Below are positions 42,253 to 50,014 of a stretch of DNA of 50,014 bases, piece after piece. Location: positions 257,803 to 307,816 of the forward strand of contig NW_013657633.1 in assembly GCF_000142905.1 (NCBI RefSeq), read 5' to 3'. The translations under genes were made by a program, and so were the position numbers. Every line of letters starts with the position of its first letter. Within the stretch, counting starts at the first letter, position 1. The notes under the pieces are model-generated. The model did no database searches, was not told the origin of the DNA, and saw only the letters and a list, made by a program, of their open reading frames with translations. Source of the DNA: Thecamonas trahens ATCC 50062. Lineage: Eukaryota; Protista; Apusomonadida.

Positions 42253-42714
42253 TCAGCTGGCGGTTTCGGCCAGAAGCGCATCGATAGAGGCGATGAGGTC
42301 GGCGTTGGTCGAGGCCGAGGCGGTGGCGAGCGAGTCGACGGACGAGGGCAGCTTTGCAGAGAGCTGGGCAGCGACGACGCGGGTCATGCACAGGGCGCCG
42401 TCGATGGCGGCGACAGCGCGATGGGCGGTGATGCCTGCGGACGCAATCTGTGCGCGGCGGGCAGGCGAGGCGTGAGCCCACGAGGCGTAGTTGGCGGTGG
42501 TGGCGACGGCAGACGGGGCGGTGAGAGCGGCAGCGACACGCTCGTGGACACGTGTGCCGTCGGGGGTGATGATGGTGGCGGTGGTGAGGGCAGCGTCTAT
42601 CTCGACGAGGGTGCGGTCGCGGTTGGCGTGGTGGAGCTGTGGTCGTCGGCTAGGAATCGGGAGGACGAGCCACTTGTCACGGGACGACCGGCAGAGCCAT
42701 GGATCCCCACGATA
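42253..42714 (-). CDS. Unannotated coding-like open frame (153 codons) lacking an in-frame 5' ATG
   Basis: ..DKWLVLPIPSRRPQLHHANRDRTLVEIDAALTTATIITPDG..NADLIASIDALLAETAS*, with strong C-ending codon bias; TGA is followed by an A-run. Absent from the ORF track. Confidence 0.65.
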   Translation of the reverse strand, partial: YRGDPWLCRSSRDKWLVLPIPSRRPQLHHANRDRTLVEIDAALTTATIITPDGTRVHERVAAALTAPSAVATTANYASWAHASPARRAQIASAGITAHRAVAAIDGALCMTRVVAAQLSAKLPSSVDSLATASASTNADLIASIDALLAETAS

Positions 42715-43906
42715 TCAAGAATAAGCACAAGCGGTCTGCTGTTTTCCAGCGACTCAAGAAGGAGAAGAAGAAGGCACAGCGCGAGGGACGGCGGAAGAGA
42801 AAGGCCGAAGCGGATGCACTTGGCGATGCTGTACGTAATATGAAAGTGGTCTCGTGTGCGCATTATGAATGACGATGATGAGAATGAGAATGAGGATGAT
42901 GACGACATTGGTCGTCGTCGTTGCTCCCGTCTTCTGGCCGAGAGCTCATCCATCTTTGGCTCTTCCCCCATCATTGCTAAGCGAAAGGGGGGGGTGGCGG
43001 GGGGATGGCGGTAGGGATTGGTGGATGGAGAAGGGACTGTGGAAGAGGGAGTAGTGTAGGGGTATACTCATGGGCATGGGTTTGGTGTGGGCATGGGAAT
43101 GTGGCTGGTGCTGTTGTGGTGTGGGTGGGGACGGTGAGGGCGGGTAGGCGCCGCCAAAGAAGATGCCGCGGACGCTGGAGAGCATGAGGCCAAAGGATGA
43201 GACGACGGTGAAGGAGGACGATGAAGAGGTGATGGACGATGTGAACTTTGATGCGTTTGCAGCACACTTTCGTGGAGAAAAAGAGGCTCGGCTGCTGTTT
43301 ACCACCTCGCCTAACCCGTCCAGGAGCATTCTGCCGATGGTGAGAAACATCATGGAGGTCTTCCCGCGGACTCGGTTTGTCTCCCGCCGCAACTATCGGA
43401 TCAAGGAGATGGTGCAGCACGCATCGAACCGCGGGTACACCAACCTCATCATTATGCAGGAGCACGCCAAGAAGCTTTCCGGGATTTACGTCATTCACCT
43501 GCCCGAGGGCCCGACGGCGTACTTTAAGCTCACCTCGTTTACGCACACCAAGCACATCCCGGGCCACGGCAAGCTCACCAAGCACAAGCCCGAGATGATT
43601 CTCAACAACTTTACCACCCGGCTCGGCATGACCGTCGGCCGCTTGCTCGGATCGCTTCTGCCCACGGCGCCCGAGTTCCACGGCCGCCGGGTGGTGACCT
43701 TCCACAACCAGCGCGACTTTATCTTCTTCCGCCACCATCGGTACATCTTTGAGTCTGGCAAGAAGGTCCGCATGCAGGAGCTCGGCCCGCGCTTCACACT
43801 CAAGCTCCGGTGGCTGCAGGATGGCACGTTTGACACCAAGCACGGCGAGTACGAGTGGGTGTGGAAGAAGGATCTGCACAACTCGCGCAAGACGTTTGTC
43901 CTCTGA
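42699..43906 (+). CDS. RPF1: Ribosome production factor 1 (Brix domain); exons 42699-42830 and 43148-43906, 296 aa
   Basis: IKNKHKR..KKEKKK..EADALGDA|APPKKMPRTLESMR, IHLPEGPTAYFKL, PEMILNNFTTRLG, TFHNQRDFIFFRHHRYIF, QELGPRFTLKL and GEYEW. Confidence 0.95.
42831..43147 (+). other. Spliceosomal intron of RPF1 (317 nt, GTACGT...GGGTAG), phase 0
   Basis: Removal joins conserved RPF1 N-terminal segments in frame. Confidence 0.9.
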
Positions 43907-43965
43907 GAAGAGCGTAAAAACCATGGCGTGGCAAGAGCGGCTGTGTTTACACGATCAGATGCAGC

Positions 43966-46465
43966 TTAGCTGGACGGTGCAGCAGCGAGCGCGTCTGGAG
44001 TGAGAAGCTCGCGGAAGACGGCAAAGATGTCGCCGTTGACGTAGTCGTTGTCGACAATGTTGATGAGGTAGTAGTTGTCGTGGACCGACTGGATGAGAGC
44101 GGCCGAGGGCGAGCCATCGGCGTAGAGGCGCTTCCAGCGCGAGAGCCAGAGCTTAAAGGCCTCATCCTTCCACTGGTAGAAGGCGTCGACGTCGACGACG
44201 GTCGGCTGGATGATCTCCTTGGCCGGGAAGACGCCCCATGTGACGGCGACGGCGCCCTGGGTCTTGACGTTGGTGTGCAGGTCGTCCGAGGCGGCGTTGA
44301 GGGCATGGTACTGGAGCGTCGGGTACTTGGGCATGAGGGCCTCGAGGGCGGCGAGGACGGTGGGCGAGACAAATGCCTCAATGTAGGCCTTCTGGTAGAC
44401 ATATCCGCCCGAGCCGCCCCAGCCGTGGACGGGGTCGTCGGACGAGAGGCCGTTAACAGCCGGCTGCGAGTTGATGGTAAAGACGCCGGCGCGGTTGAGG
44501 GCAATGAGGTCGTCAGCAATGACGGTGGTCTCGTCGGCGAGCGCGTCCGAGATCCACGGCAGGGCACGGATGCGGCCCTCGCAAAAGGCGACAAAGACGG
44601 CAGCGAGGTCGGCGATGGTCTTGGGCGCCTCGCCCCACATGGCGCGGTGCTCGTCGACCTTGAAGGCAGGCTCGAGGTGGAAGAGGTGGTAGTCGGAGAT
44701 CTCGCCAAAGGCAGGCGACGAGGAGTCGCCCCACCGCCCGTTGGGAAAGTCGTCCCACTCGGACGTCCGCAGCAGGTACGATTCGGGCCGGTTCGACCAG
44801 AAGATGGGCCGCACGTCCTCGACGGCGCGCTTCGGCACAGTGTTGATGCACTTCCACGGCAGCTCGCGCGGCGGCGGGCAGACAAGCTCGAGGGCCTCGA
44901 CAATCTGCGAGGTGGCGACCTCACGGTTGAGGGTGTAAAAGTGGACGCCCGACACGCCGCCGGCCCACAGCTCCTGGATCATTTCGACTGCCTTGGTCAC
45001 GCCAAAGTCACGGACAGCGCGGTCGTCGTTCTTCACCGCCTCGACGGCTTCGGTGATCTCGACCGGGATGGGCGTGGATGCCATCTTGGAGAGGTGCCGC
45101 AGCGAGGCGTACGACTGGATGGGCAAGAGGCCCGGAACGATGGGCACGTTGATGCCGCGGGCGACACAGTCGTCGCGGAACTTGAGAAAGATGGCGGCGT
45201 CAAAGAAGAGCTGCGTCACCACAAAGTCGGCACCAGCGTCGACCTTGGCCTTGAGGTTGTCCAGATCGGCCTCGTACGACTCGGCCTCGGGGTGGCCCGA
45301 CGGGTAGCCGGCGACGGCAATGCCAAAGTAGTCGCCGTGCTCCTCGCGGATGAGCCGCACCAGGTCGGCTGCGTACCGCAGCTGTGTGTCTGCCGCCGTC
45401 CACTCCTCGCTCCCGTCAGCCGGGTCTCCGCGCAGCGCGAGAATGTTCTGGATCCCGGCCTTGCGCGCCTCCTTCAGCGCCTCCTTGACCGACTCAACCG
45501 ACTGGTTGGTGCATGTCAGATGCATCATCGTCTCCACGCCTACGTACGACTGGGCGCCCTGGGCGATGACCTGCGTCCGCTGCGCAGTCTTGCCACCTGC
45601 GCCCCATGTGATGTCCAAGAACAGCGGGCCAAGCTGCGACATCCGCTGCAGCCTGTTTCTCCATCAGGGGGCGAGGGTCCGAGGGTCCATGGTGTGGCGG
45701 GCGCGCGAGCGTTTGTCGAGGGGGCGGGCGTCCGAGGGTCCATGGTGTAGCAAGCACCATCAAGGGGTCATCGAGGAGCGAGCGTCCATTTCGAAGGATT
45801 CGAACCGTTCACGAAGTCCACCACCAGCACAACCAGCACCGCCACGGCCACGGCCACCACGCCGAGTCGTGGCGTCGAGTTGACGGCCGCCCACAGGTCG
45901 CGTACCAACCACGAGAGGACGGGAGACGAAGCAAAGTGCAAGAGTAAGTATGGTTGCCGAGTTTGAGTATGGTGAGGAAGGCTCACATGAGGTATATGGG
46001 TTGTGCTTGGGGTCGGCGCGCCAAGAACTCGCCACGTCGACGAATGAGGATGGCGCAAGCCGAAGCCGCACAGCCGACCTCGCCTTCCCAGCGCTCTGCC
46101 AGCAATAGCACCACCATCTAGAGCACCAAACATCACTACCGGGTACCTCTTCAAAGGATGCATGCCATACTCGTGTTTGGCCTACAGAACACGGCTCAAC
46201 TAGTTGGTAGGTGGCTAGAAAGGGGAAGGGGAAGGGGAAGGGGGAAGGGGGGGGGGAGGACGCGGGATGAACGTGGTTTGACACATCCAAAAACCGTTGT
46301 GGCAGAGAGGGGGGAGGAGGAGGAGGAGGAGGAGGAGGAGGAGGGGGGTACGTACCGTGCGAGTAGGTTGGCACAACCAGCATCAGTGCGGGGAGGGAAG
46401 AACTCAAGTGAGAAGTACTTCTCATTGGCCTCTTCCTTGGCACGGATCTTCTCGATGATCTTCAT
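43966..46465 (-). CDS. MTHFR: Methylenetetrahydrofolate reductase, eukaryotic type with C-terminal SAM-regulatory domain; exons 46465-46356 and 45652-43966, 598 aa
   Basis: MKIIEKI..YFSLEFFPPRT..G.ANLLAR|LQRMSQLGPLFLDITWGAGG, MHLTCTN, NILALRGDP, VTQLFFD, HFYTLN, RPIFWSNRP..WDDFPNGRWG and AVTWGVFP. Confidence 0.97.
45653..46355 (-). other. Spliceosomal intron of MTHFR (703 nt, GTACGT...AAACAG), phase 2
   Basis: CG|G reconstitutes the Arg codon; total CDS 1797 nt. Confidence 0.9.
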
Positions 46466-46489
46466 CCTCGCCCTCTGCGTCAAGTGTGT

Positions 46490-46745
46490 CGCGGTGGCGG
46501 TGGCGGTGGTGGTGGGGTGGTTGGGTGGCGGTCGTCGGGTGGCGGTGGTTGGGTGGCGGTGGTCGGGTGGCGGTGGTTGGGTGGCGGTGGTGGTGGGGTG
46601 GTTGGGTGGCGGTGGTCGGGTGGCGGTGGTTGGGTGGTGGCGGTGGCGGTGGTGGTGGTTGGGTGGCGGTGGTTGGGTGGCGGTGGTTGGGTGGCGGTGG
46701 TTGGGTGGCGGTGGTTGGGTGGTCGGGTGGCGGTGGTCGGTGGCT
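46490..46745. repeat. 14-bp minisatellite (GGGTGGCGGTGGTY)n in the MTHFR/TBC divergent intergenic region
   Basis: A dozen or more near-perfect copies with interruptions; G-quadruplex-prone. Confidence 0.9.
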
Positions 46746-46819
46746 GTTGCCGACGGCAGCTGTGGGACACCCGACTCACACGTTCCCCCCTTCGTCACCG
46801 CACTCACCTGCACCACAGG

Positions 46820-48067
46820 ATGGAAGGGTCGCCGCGAAAGGTTGGGTATACCAGTTCTGCTCGGTGGAAGCACGTGCAGGAGATTATTGAAGAGATTGAA
46901 GGCCCGCTCCGGGAGCTGCCCAAAGCCCTCCTCACGCCTGACGCCGCTGAGCGGCTGCCGAGAAGGGTGACCGACGGATTGTGGCGGCTGCGGCATGCGG
47001 CGTTGTCAGGAGGCCTCACAACGTCGGCCATCAGGCTCCGTGCTTGGCCTATTCTTCTCTCAACGTATGTCCACTCGAGCGAGGTGGCGGCGCAGACGGC
47101 GGCTGCTGCACGGAGAGGAGTCGGCGCGGGCATCGGGATCGGGGCAGAGCTCCGCGACGAGCAGCAGGTGGCCAAGGACGTGGCGCGGTGCTTGTGGGAG
47201 GCAAACGGGCGGGTGCTCGGAGATCACGAGCGCGAGTCGAAGCGGGCGGCGTTGACGGACGTCCTGTTGACTGCCATCGCTGCGCTTGGCGAGGACAAGG
47301 TGTACTACTACCAGGGCCTGCACGATGTGGGCGCCGGGCTTGTTGTCGGCCTGCCAGAGACGCGCAAGAGTACCATGACGGGCATGACGCCGGCGTGCGC
47401 CGCCATGGTCGCCCTGCTCTCGGCGCGGCTCGCGCCGTACTGCACACAGGGTCTCGAGGTTACGCTCGCCGCCATGGACAAGGTGATGGAGCTCGTGGGC
47501 GCTGCTGCTCCGGCCCTACACGCCTACCTCACCAACGCCGGTGTACCGGCAGTCTTCTGCATGCCGTGGCTGCTCTCGCTCTTTGCACACAACATCGACG
47601 ACTCGGAGGTAGTCTTCCGCCTCTGGGACGCGTGCTTTGCCACTCACCCGGCGTTTGTCCTCTACCTGGCGGCCACGCTCGTCATCGACGCTGAGGACGA
47701 GCTGATGGCGCTCGGTGACGACATGGCCTCGCTCCATCACAGGCTCTCACACCTGCTCGCCGACGGCCGGCTGTCGCAGGCAAGCGTCGACGGCGTCATC
47801 CTCCGTGCACTCCAGCTGGCCCACGCTTTCCCGCCGCGCGAGCTCCTCGCCGACACCGATACCTTTCCGCATGCTTTTACAGCGTGGCCCGAGCGTTGGG
47901 CCGGCTCGCCGCCAGCCCACCTCACCGAGCTCGGCGCGCTGCAGGCGGAAATGCCGCCGCCGCTGCGAGCGATGCGCCCGGCGAGTGGGACCCGTGCCGC
48001 CATGGTCGTTGTCGGCCTCACCACGATTGCTGCGATCGTCGCTTCGTGGTTCCTGCAGTCAGAGTAG
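46820..48067 (+). CDS. TBC1D20: Rab-GAP TBC-domain protein, TBC1D20/Gyp8-like, tail-anchored (415 aa)
   Basis: GGLTTSAIRLRAWPILL, QQVAKDVARC (R finger), YYYQGLHDV (Q finger), FCMPWLLSLFAH, RLWDACFATHP and a C-terminal TM AMVVVGLTTIAAIVASWFL. First ATG at 46820. Confidence 0.88.
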   Translation: MEGSPRKVGYTSSARWKHVQEIIEEIEGPLRELPKALLTPDAAERLPRRVTDGLWRLRHAALSGGLTTSAIRLRAWPILLSTYVHSSEVAAQTAAAARRGVGAGIGIGAELRDEQQVAKDVARCLWEANGRVLGDHERESKRAALTDVLLTAIAALGEDKVYYYQGLHDVGAGLVVGLPETRKSTMTGMTPACAAMVALLSARLAPYCTQGLEVTLAAMDKVMELVGAAAPALHAYLTNAGVPAVFCMPWLLSLFAHNIDDSEVVFRLWDACFATHPAFVLYLAATLVIDAEDELMALGDDMASLHHRLSHLLADGRLSQASVDGVILRALQLAHAFPPRELLADTDTFPHAFTAWPERWAGSPPAHLTELGALQAEMPPPLRAMRPASGTRAAMVVVGLTTIAAIVASWFLQSE

Positions 48068-48113
48068 TGATGTGCGCGGCCGGTCGCTCGTTGTGTGTTT
48101 GTTCTGTGGCGAG

Positions 48114-49646
48114 CTAAATGAGCGAGCGCGCGACCGAGACCGGCGGGCGGCCCGGGTTGAGCGAAGACGCGGTGTCGAGGGCGCCCGATGCAAACGCTTC
48201 CAAGTAGGCATCGTGGAGCGAGCCGGCAATGGGGACGTCGGCTGTGCCGAGCGCCGCCAGCGACGTCGCCTCGCCGGGAACCGAGCCGATGACCTCAGGC
48301 TCGCCGCCGGGCGCATGGTGCCAGCGCGAGGCGTTGACACCGGGGATGGAGATCGGGACCGAAGTGCCGAGCAGCGAGTCGGCTGCGGCCGGAGACAACG
48401 AGGTGGCGCGGACGCCGGCATCGAAGCGGGCGTTGCGTCCAAGCGCTCCGCCATTGTTGTTGTCGTCGTCGTCATCGTCATCGTCGTCAGAGTACAGGGT
48501 GGCGTCGGCATCGGGCTGGCGGCCAATGTACAGCTCACCGCCCGATGTGGAGCCGGCCGACGCGCCATGGCCGCCGAGGATGTCGTCGTCCTCTTCGAAA
48601 GCAAAGACGGTGCCTCCGTAAAAGTCATCGTCGTTGTCAAAGACGTCGACCTCAGCGTTGTCGCCCGCTGCAGGAACGCGGCGGGAGGGCGATGCAACCG
48701 GTGGGCGAGCGCTTTCGACGCGCTCGTGTGCCGGCGACGGGCGATGCTTCTTCTGGGGCGACCTGAGCTTTGGAGAGTCGGCGGCACGCGGCTGGTCGTG
48801 TGCCGGCGACGCGGCCGGGCCACTCCTGCCCAGCGACGACGCCGAGCCGAAGCGCGGTGATGCCGAGGTGTATGACGTGTCCCGCTGCGGCGACGAGGCA
48901 GCCGGGACGATGGCGGTGATCATGCTACCACCCGACGACGACGAGACGGACGACGGGAGATGGGCATCGGCAATGTGGGGCGAGGTGGCGAGGGCAGCGG
49001 CGCCCGAGGTGTGGACGCGGTCGGTGTTGACCAGCTCGTTGTCGACAGAGTACAGGCCACACATCCGGTTCCACAGAACAGCGCGGTCGGTGTGTGCGCG
49101 CGAGACAAAGGTGTCAAAGGCGGCCTCCTGCTGGGCCTTGTACTTGGCGATGCGGTCGCGCATGGCAGCCTCCTCGGCATCGACCCGCGCGTTGGTCCGC
49201 TCGACAAGGCGGCGGAGGATCTCTGCCTCGCCGACAGACCGCGCCTGCTCAACAGTAGCCGGGCTCGACGCAGTATCAGCAGCCAGGCTCGCGCGCATGG
49301 GTAGGACAACCTCAAAGACCGGCGAGTAGTCGGCCGAGTCCTTGGCAGCCTCGATGTCCTCGGGAGCAACAGCGACGTTAAAGACGACTGTAGCGTCACC
49401 GGTTCCAGGTGCTGTTGCGTACATGTCCAAACCGCAGTTGTAACAGCGGAGGACACTCCAGCCTGTGGATGAGATGCGGACTTGGACGAGCTGCGGCCAG
49501 AGAATGGCATCACCAGCCACGCCAAACTCGGCCACGCCGTACTTCTTCATGTTGGTCTCATCCTCGATCCACGCCACACGATTTTGAATGTCTTCATCAG
49601 CTTGATGAACGGGTGTCGGTTCGTTCTTGGCGTGCAGCGTGACGTT
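48114..49646 (-). CDS. PRAS40 (AKT1S1)/Lobe-like protein, last exon (5' exon probably at or beyond the window edge)
   Basis: Acceptor CCGCAG|AAC at 49647. CxxC region (LRCYNC), a coiled coil, then VFAFEEDD, LGTSVPISIP and PIAGSLHDAY in the same order as PRAS40 FVMDE, KSLPVSVP and IAASMRAL. CDS is clear; identity is inferred. Confidence 0.65.
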   Translation of the reverse strand, partial: NVTLHAKNEPTPVHQADEDIQNRVAWIEDETNMKKYGVAEFGVAGDAILWPQLVQVRISSTGWSVLRCYNCGLDMYATAPGTGDATVVFNVAVAPEDIEAAKDSADYSPVFEVVLPMRASLAADTASSPATVEQARSVGEAEILRRLVERTNARVDAEEAAMRDRIAKYKAQQEAAFDTFVSRAHTDRAVLWNRMCGLYSVDNELVNTDRVHTSGAAALATSPHIADAHLPSSVSSSSGGSMITAIVPAASSPQRDTSYTSASPRFGSASSLGRSGPAASPAHDQPRAADSPKLRSPQKKHRPSPAHERVESARPPVASPSRRVPAAGDNAEVDVFDNDDDFYGGTVFAFEEDDDILGGHGASAGSTSGGELYIGRQPDADATLYSDDDDDDDDDNNNGGALGRNARFDAGVRATSLSPAAADSLLGTSVPISIPGVNASRWHHAPGGEPEVIGSVPGEATSLAALGTADVPIAGSLHDAYLEAFASGALDTASSLNPGRPPVSVARSLI

Positions 49647-50014
49647 CTGCGGCCATGATGCGAGGATGAGTGTGGGCCGGAAGGGGGGGGGGGGGTGGGG
49701 TATGAGAGCAAATTGCGTCACGGTGGGTGCATGCGCATCCAATTAAAGGCCACACCTGTGAATATAGCAAGGGATGCAGGATGGGACGGGATGGGATGGG
49801 GATGGGCTGGGATGGGAGGAGGGAGGAGAGGGGACTGAAAAGGGTGTTCGAGACGGAGCCTGGCAATGGCTACGAGGAGACGAGACCCATGTGGTGGAGC
49901 AGTCAGAAGAGACGACATGAAGGCAGCGAGGGATCATGACGCCGACGTGACGCCAGCCGCCACCAGGTCATGGGACGGGGGGGGGGGGGGGGTACGACGA
50001 TACAGCGAAGGGTA

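Noticed and set aside
42865-42985. Possible box C/D snoRNA in the RPF1 intron (ATGATGA)
   Set aside because: The C-box-like words are part of a (GAT/GAC)n microsatellite; no CTGA D box or terminal stem was found.
45677-45748. 19-nt direct repeat GTCCGAGGGTCCATGGTGT near the MTHFR acceptor as a transposon footprint
   Set aside because: No terminal inverted repeats or element body; more simply a local intronic duplication.
46083-46150. Cobalamin-riboswitch-like words (CTGGGAAGGC and AAGAGGTACCCGGT) on the MTHFR intron sense strand
   Set aside because: Other core elements (GGGAA, the T-loop hairpin, GCCACTG, terminal AGYCAGRAGACC) are not recognisable, so a B12 riboswitch cannot be called. Kept only as an untyped structured element.
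46183-46190. TACAGAAC in a hairpin, resembling the METTL16 target UACAGARAA
   Set aside because: It is antisense to MTHFR and an imperfect match.
46484-46819. Gly/Trp-rich N-terminal extension of the TBC ORF given by the ORF track
   Set aside because: It is a translation of the minisatellite from a non-ATG codon; the first ATG is at 46820.
1-50014. tRNA, rRNA, transposase, reverse transcriptase or viral genes
   Set aside because: No recognisable motifs were seen by eye; covariance-model and HMM scans would be needed to exclude divergent copies.

Overview
GC-rich, gene-dense eukaryotic (protist) genomic DNA with two 100-N scaffold gaps. Composition, C/G-ending codon bias, intron scarcity and gene content suggest an apusomonad such as Thecamonas trahens (inference only). 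About 17 protein-coding genes can be modelled: PCMTD-like methyltransferase with a BC-box, TAF5, a giant membrane/degenerate-STAND/TPR/DEP protein, a small spliced mitochondrial-type protein, a MYND-finger protein, a ubiquitin-like-domain protein, a modular coiled-coil protein, SERINC, DDX1, a giant ankyrin-IQ-helical rod protein, a Zn2Cys6 transcription factor, an ATG-less ORF missed by the ORF track, RPF1, MTHFR, TBC1D20/Gyp8 and a PRAS40/Lobe-like protein. The most striking signals concern splicing. (i) All six modelled long introns start with GTACGY. (ii) DDX1 needs a 26-nt micro-intron directly after a one-codon ATG exon. (iii) A 23-nt AG|GT tandem duplication could be a newborn micro-intron. 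(iv) The MTHFR intron holds a structured, stop-containing segment between a polypyrimidine acceptor and a second GTACGC donor, a candidate regulated poison exon. Two single-base frameshifts in homopolymers (SERINC, Zn2Cys6) look like sequencing errors. No rRNA, tRNA, CRISPR array or recognisable transposon was found.
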